Shown piece by piece: positions 59,404 through 64,000 of a stretch of 64,000 nt of DNA (positions within the stretch are counted from its first letter, which is position 1; every line of letters begins with the position of its first letter). Location: NCBI GenBank assembly GCA_963790025.1, contig CAWBMP010000002.1:160001-224000 (forward strand), written 5' to 3'. The translations under genes and the position numbers were made by a program. The notes beneath the pieces were generated by a model that was not told the DNA's origin, searched no databases, and worked only from the letters and a program-made list of their open reading frames with translations. This DNA comes from Nitrospirota bacterium. GTDB lineage: Bacteria > Nitrospirota > Thermodesulfovibrionia > Thermodesulfovibrionales > Dissulfurispiraceae.

Positions 59404-61164
59404 CTAACTTAACTCCGTTTCCAACAAATCGAGGGGAAGATCGATCTGGTCAGTACTCTCAGGTGAAGCAGGAAGATAGACATGAACAACTGTCCCTTTC
59501 ACAGGTTCAGATTCGACAGTAATATATCCTTTGTGTCCTTTTACTATGGCATAACAAAGAGCAAGGCCGAGTCCGACCCCACTCCTGTAATCCATTTGTT
59601 TCGTCGTAAAATACGGCTCAAAGATGTTTGAGAGATTTTCCTTTGGTATCCCAACTCCGTGGTCCTTCACGGATATTTTTATATAGTGTCCTTCTTGCAA
59701 AGGGAGCAGGTCGCGGCTGCTGATGACTGTGTTTTTTGCAACGATATCAATAACCCCGCCGTTGGGCATTGCTTCACCGGCATTTTCAAGCAGTTCATGC
59801 ATCACCTGGAAAATCTGTCTCTCATCTATTTCAGCAGACCATAGATTGTCCGGAATCGATATATTGACCCTGAAGTTTGCATTTGTCGATAACAATCCGG
59901 ATGAATCCTGTAATAGGTGTGCCAGTGACAATGTCTTTCTTTCTAATTTGACACCTGATGCAAAATTATCTAATTGGTGAGTCAACTCCTTCGCTTTCAC
60001 GCAGGCATTTTCCGCAATCGTCAGATACTTATACACCTCATCGGAGGGTGGAACGAGTGCCCTGGAAAGAGATACGAAGCCTAAAACTGACGTCAATAGG
60101 TTGTTAAAATCATGGGCTATGCCTTTTGAAAGTATAGAAACTGATTCCAGTTTTCTGCTTTTTAAAAGGTCCTCCTCCATTTTTTTCCGCTCGGTTATGT
60201 CATTAAATATCACTATATTTACATCTTGCAGTGATGCCATCCTGAATTCAATGTCGCGCAAAGACCCGTCCTTACACCTTACTCTCCATTCATGATTTTC
60301 TGTCTCTTTTCCGTCTTTTATAGCTTTCCTTGCGGCAGATCTCCAACTATTTATGACCTTCTGCCTATATTCCGGTTCCGGGTAAGCAAGAGGCCACCAA
60401 TCATCTACAGTGGGAATATCTGCTATAGTGTAGCCGAACGTTTCTACGAATTTATTGTTAAAATGTATAAATTTGCCGGTTTTGTCTGCCACTGCCATTG
60501 CAACTGGATTGCGCTCTATCAACCGTCTGAAATTATCTTCATTTTTGCTGAGTTCATATTGAGTTCTCTCGAAAAAGATAATTATGATGCCTATTGCAAC
60601 TGATATTGCAAAAAACCCTCCAATAATGAATCCGAACGGAGCAAACCATTGCACGGGGCGAAGCAGCGGGTAATCAAGTTGATGAATACCCCAGGCAATA
60701 AAAAGCCAACCAACAATGCGGGCTGTAAATTCACCTTTATTGATATTCTTTATAATGAGGTAACCGGTAAGGATGTATATTAGTCCCTGAAATCCGAAAA
60801 CTACAATATTGATAAACAAGACTGGAAAACTGTGAAATAATGAAAAGACAACGAAGGGACCCATAATTGTCCCTGTAATGATGGGCCATTTTGCGGGGGT
60901 TTGCCCAATCAATATTACAGTACCGTTCAGAAGGAAAATGGCACTTATTACGATGAAAAGATAGTATCCTGTGCTAAGAAGGAGAGAGTCATGCCAGAGT
61001 AACGAAATGATCAGACATGCAAACCGCAGAAAATAAATGCCCCACGATATCGCCCAAAACTTTATTGACCTTTGCCGATGCTGGACATATAGGTAGGTGT
61101 TGATGACTACCAATATGAATACACCAGTTGCGTACGCAATGGTGGCAGGCAAAAGCCACTGCAT
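59404..61164 (-). CDS. Multi-TM PAS sensor histidine kinase
   Basis: About 7 N-terminal TM segments, PAS, GIAHDFNNLL, D.GVGI, FEPYFTTK, GLGLA. Confidence 0.9.
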   Translation of the reverse strand: MQWLLPATIAYATGVFILVVINTYLYVQHRQRSIKFWAISWGIYFLRFACLIISLLWHDSLLLSTGYYLFIVISAIFLLNGTVILIGQTPAKWPIITGTIMGPFVVFSLFHSFPVLFINIVVFGFQGLIYILTGYLIIKNINKGEFTARIVGWLFIAWGIHQLDYPLLRPVQWFAPFGFIIGGFFAISVAIGIIIIFFERTQYELSKNEDNFRRLIERNPVAMAVADKTGKFIHFNNKFVETFGYTIADIPTVDDWWPLAYPEPEYRQKVINSWRSAARKAIKDGKETENHEWRVRCKDGSLRDIEFRMASLQDVNIVIFNDITERKKMEEDLLKSRKLESVSILSKGIAHDFNNLLTSVLGFVSLSRALVPPSDEVYKYLTIAENACVKAKELTHQLDNFASGVKLERKTLSLAHLLQDSSGLLSTNANFRVNISIPDNLWSAEIDERQIFQVMHELLENAGEAMPNGGVIDIVAKNTVISSRDLLPLQEGHYIKISVKDHGVGIPKENLSNIFEPYFTTKQMDYRSGVGLGLALCYAIVKGHKGYITVESEPVKGTVVHVYLPASPESTDQIDLPLDLLETELS

Positions 61165-61194
61165 GTTTGAGCACCCCGATAGAGTTTTGTAAGA

Positions 61195-61229
61195 ACGGGG
61201 CGCCGGAACTTCCGGCGCCGCCTTTTATT
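61195..61229. terminator. GC-rich hairpin, likely the terminator of the Spy-like gene
   Basis: ggcgccggaa-c-ttccggcgcc inverted repeat with an adjacent T-rich flank. Confidence 0.6.
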
Positions 61230-61263
61230 TCCGCATCAAGTCGGCAAAAATACGGTGCACCGG

Positions 61264-61896
61264 CTATTTCATCATTTTCTCGTGGTCATGATGCTCCATT
61301 CCCTTCATCATGTCGCCCTTCATCATACCGCAGCCGCATCCCTCGCCGCCCTTCATCATGCCGCCGCACATACCGCCCTCCATCATACCGCCGCCCATCA
61401 TGTGCTTTTCCATCATCTCTTTGAGTTTTGCTCTCTGTTCGGGGGTCAACACTGCCTTGCCTTCCTGAACAGCACTCAGGCGCGCAAGGGTCATGGCCGT
61501 CTTCATGGATTCTATCTCTTTCAGCTTCGATTCCGCTGCTTTCATATCTACGGGATCTTTGCTGATAATATCTTCGAGGTCAACTTCCGCTATCTTCAGT
61601 TCGGCCTTCCTTTTGATCATATCTTTCTTTGTTCTGAGGATTATTCTGTCTATTTGTTCCTTTTGCTTTTGATCGAGACCGAGGTGACTAAGCATCATCC
61701 TGATATGATGTTCGCTCATCATCATACCGCCGCCCATCAGACCACCCATCTTGCCGCACATCATGCCGCCGCCCAGTGGGGGATCGTCCTGCATCCCAAC
61801 ATTCTGTCCCATCGGCTGTGCAACAGCGCCGGTAATGCCGAATCCCATGACCAGTAATAAAATTGCCAAAATCGTTATGTAACGTTTCATCTTCAA
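61264..61896 (-). CDS. Spy/CpxP-family periplasmic protein with Met/Gly/Cys/His-rich tails
   Basis: Signal peptide, LGLDQKQ and VLTPEQ motifs, GGGMM repeats. Confidence 0.85.
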   Translation of the reverse strand: MKMKRYITILAILLLVMGFGITGAVAQPMGQNVGMQDDPPLGGGMMCGKMGGLMGGGMMMSEHHIRMMLSHLGLDQKQKEQIDRIILRTKKDMIKRKAELKIAEVDLEDIISKDPVDMKAAESKLKEIESMKTAMTLARLSAVQEGKAVLTPEQRAKLKEMMEKHMMGGGMMEGGMCGGMMKGGEGCGCGMMKGDMMKGMEHHDHEKMMK

Positions 61897-61937
61897 TGCC
61901 TCCTGTTTAGTATTATTGTTTTTCGGACGACATTACA

Positions 61938-61965
61938 ATTATAGTGTTTCCAGCCTCAATGTCAA
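61938..61965 (-). promoter_or_regulatory. Consensus sigma70 promoter for the Spy-like gene
   Basis: Minus strand TTGACA-16 nt-TATAAT. Confidence 0.65.
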
Positions 61966-62029
61966 GACACCGACAATATTTTACATTTGTTGCCTTGACA
62001 CCTTGGCCGCCCTCTTGATACTTTAACTT

Positions 62030-62419
62030 ATGGACGCCTTCACCAAAATTGCCGAACAGAGAATCAAAGAGGCCATCGATAACGGCGATTTCGATAACCT
62101 GAGCGGGTCCGGTAAGCCTCTTGTTTTCGAGGATGAGAGCTGGATTCCGGAAGATTTGAGGCTCGCTTACAGGATACTGAAGAATAACGGCTTCATTCCG
62201 CCCGAACTGGAACTGAGAAATGAGATAATCAACCTTCAGCGGTTCATAGAAACGATCGACGATGATAAGGAGCGGCTGAAAAAGCTCAGGGAGCTTAACT
62301 TCAAGATTACGAAATTCGAGCTTACCAGGAAAACGCCGCTCCATCTGGAACGGTTCCCCGAATACGAAAGTCGCTTTTACGAAAAAACGCTGAGCCAGCA
62401 AGTAAGCAGTAGGCAGTAA
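62030..62419 (+). CDS. DUF1992 domain protein
   Basis: IAEQRIKEA...GDFDNL.G.GKPL, LRLAYRILKN.G..PPE. Confidence 0.9.
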   Translation: MDAFTKIAEQRIKEAIDNGDFDNLSGSGKPLVFEDESWIPEDLRLAYRILKNNGFIPPELELRNEIINLQRFIETIDDDKERLKKLRELNFKITKFELTRKTPLHLERFPEYESRFYEKTLSQQVSSRQ

Positions 62420-62523
62420 GCAGCAAAAACCAAAAGCCTATATCATTGAAAAGACTAATTGATTAATTCTTTTCTTTTTTTCTCTTCTTTTGCTTCCTAC
62501 TGCTTACTGCCTGCTGCTTACTT
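62400..62523. repeat. Second 7-bp-unit inverted repeat, same family as 1258-1360
   Basis: aagtaagcagtaggcagtaagcagcaaaa ... ttttgcttcctactgcttactgcctgctgcttactt. Confidence 0.8.
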
Positions 62524-63999
62524 TTACGGCGTTGGGCCCTGGATTACCTGCGCAAAACCTTTTGGCCGAATCCAGCGTGCAAATGCCGCTCGTATGTCTT
62601 TTGCCTTGATCTTCAGGTAATTCCGTGCAGCAACGAAAGGCTCATCCAGGGGCAGTCCTGCCACCGAGCGTTCGAGTAGGCCCGATGCAATGCTTTCCAC
62701 GCTAGCTTCTGAAAGAGGGATCTGACGTATGAGCAGTGTTTTAGCCCTCTGCAATTCCGCAGGTGAAACCGGATTTGTCTGCATAAGGCGAAGGTTGTGT
62801 TCAACGAGCGTCCTCGCCTTGTATACGTTTGGCGGGTCGCAGGCATAAAAGACCGCGAAGAGTGCCCGTGTCTTTCTGGCCTGGATGAAGGACTCCACTG
62901 TGTAAACCAGCCCTGCCTGTTCGCGCAGATCGTGGTAGAGACGCGTGGCGTAAAAGGCCCCTGACAGCACATGGTTACCGACCTCCAACTTATAGAAGTC
63001 TGGATGTGAGCGGGTTATGCCGAGGGTCTCGGCGAGTATCACCGCGTCCTGCACACGGCTTTTATCGGACACTACTGAAGAGGACGGCTTGTTCCGGGGC
63101 ACCCGCGGCTCCTCAGTCACCGGTCTGGGTCCAGCGGCCTTCCATCCACCGAAGGCCTTTTCGATTACCTCCCTCGCCTCCTCCGGCTTAACCTTGCCTG
63201 CGATAACGATAGTGGTCAAATCAGGCCTGAAGTTTTTTTGGTAGTATTCCTTCACATCTTCGATAGTCAGACGCCCAACGGTTTCAGGCGTCGCCTGCCG
63301 CAACGAGGGGTCTCCCGGAGGATACAGTTCCTTTCGGAGGGTGTGCTTTGAAAGATAGTCGGGGCTCTGTAATTTTCCCGCAAGCATGCCTCCAGCCTCC
63401 TCCTTCACCACGGCGAAAGCAGTTTCCGGGAGTGCGGGATGCAGAAGATCATCTGCGATCAGCTGCGCACCTCTTTCAAAATGATCAGCGGTTACTTTGA
63501 GAGAAAAAGTCGACCCCACCGAGACATCCGCACCGATATCGTCCAGGGCCGCTCTCAGGGCCAGCCGGTCAAGGGTAGTGGTCCCGTAAGAAAAGAGGTT
63601 GTCCAGTACCATAGAGACGCCCTCTTTCCCATCCGGTTCCTGCATGCCGGGATTGTTCTTGATCATGCCATAGATGCTTACCGTAGGACTGACGGCTATG
63701 GGCTGGACAATAAGCCGCAAGCCGTTGGGCAGCCTGAAATCCGCGGGTCTTACATTGGAAACCGGTATTATGGGGGGGTTCTCTACCGTCCTCGCCCATG
63801 CCGGAAGGCGCACAGGCTTCGCGTGTTTGGGAGTAAATGATTCCTTGCCGCCGAAACCCTTTGAAGAGACCGGCTGCCCGGACGGCTGAGGAGAAAGCAC
63901 AGCTTCAATGGCGGTGTCATTCGCAAGATAGGTCCTGGCGACCCTGTTTACGTCTTCTACCGTAACTTTTTTCATTGCCTCAACATCGTCCTCCGGCGA
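62524..63999 (-). CDS. M16 family (pitrilysin-like) zinc peptidase, C-terminal part; runs off the window
   Basis: LPNGLRLIV, RL...LREQAGLVY; frame is open to the window end. Confidence 0.88.
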   Translation of the reverse strand, partial: SPEDDVEAMKKVTVEDVNRVARTYLANDTAIEAVLSPQPSGQPVSSKGFGGKESFTPKHAKPVRLPAWARTVENPPIIPVSNVRPADFRLPNGLRLIVQPIAVSPTVSIYGMIKNNPGMQEPDGKEGVSMVLDNLFSYGTTTLDRLALRAALDDIGADVSVGSTFSLKVTADHFERGAQLIADDLLHPALPETAFAVVKEEAGGMLAGKLQSPDYLSKHTLRKELYPPGDPSLRQATPETVGRLTIEDVKEYYQKNFRPDLTTIVIAGKVKPEEAREVIEKAFGGWKAAGPRPVTEEPRVPRNKPSSSVVSDKSRVQDAVILAETLGITRSHPDFYKLEVGNHVLSGAFYATRLYHDLREQAGLVYTVESFIQARKTRALFAVFYACDPPNVYKARTLVEHNLRLMQTNPVSPAELQRAKTLLIRQIPLSEASVESIASGLLERSVAGLPLDEPFVAARNYLKIKAKDIRAAFARWIRPKGFAQVIQGPTP

Positions 64000-64000
64000 G

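Noticed and set aside
61255..61857. His-rich 200-aa plus-strand ORF
   Set aside because: Antisense of ATG-rich repeats in the Spy-like gene (CAT codons).

Overview
Bacterial chromosome segment from an anaerobe; gene content and style suggest Nitrospirota (Thermodesulfovibrionia-like) or Desulfobacterota, which is inference only. 1-19196 is mostly core genes (mtnP, yebC, glmU, glmS, uvrD/pcrA, gatC, panD, bioD, trmJ) plus an FGE-domain/decaheme MtrA/MtrB porin-cytochrome operon. Five bases after the trmJ stop is a Tn7-like transposon end (TGT plus four 20-bp repeats), which opens a mosaic accessory region of about 40 kb. That region holds an ORF-less group II intron with intact EBS1-IBS1 pairing, a candidate defence pair (HEAT-like protein plus PD-(D/E)XK nuclease), a HEPN fusion, two IS21-like MITEs, an IS remnant, an Ehr (NiFe-less hydrogenase-like) operon, an RND pump and several sensor kinases. 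The best candidate for a new system is at 57499-58808: an unannotated 40-codon peptide ending C-x2-U-x2-U (two in-frame UGA codons followed by a SECIS-like hairpin), directly upstream of a radical SAM/SPASM enzyme, i.e. a putative selenocysteine-containing RiPP locus. No rRNA, tRNA or CRISPR array was seen.
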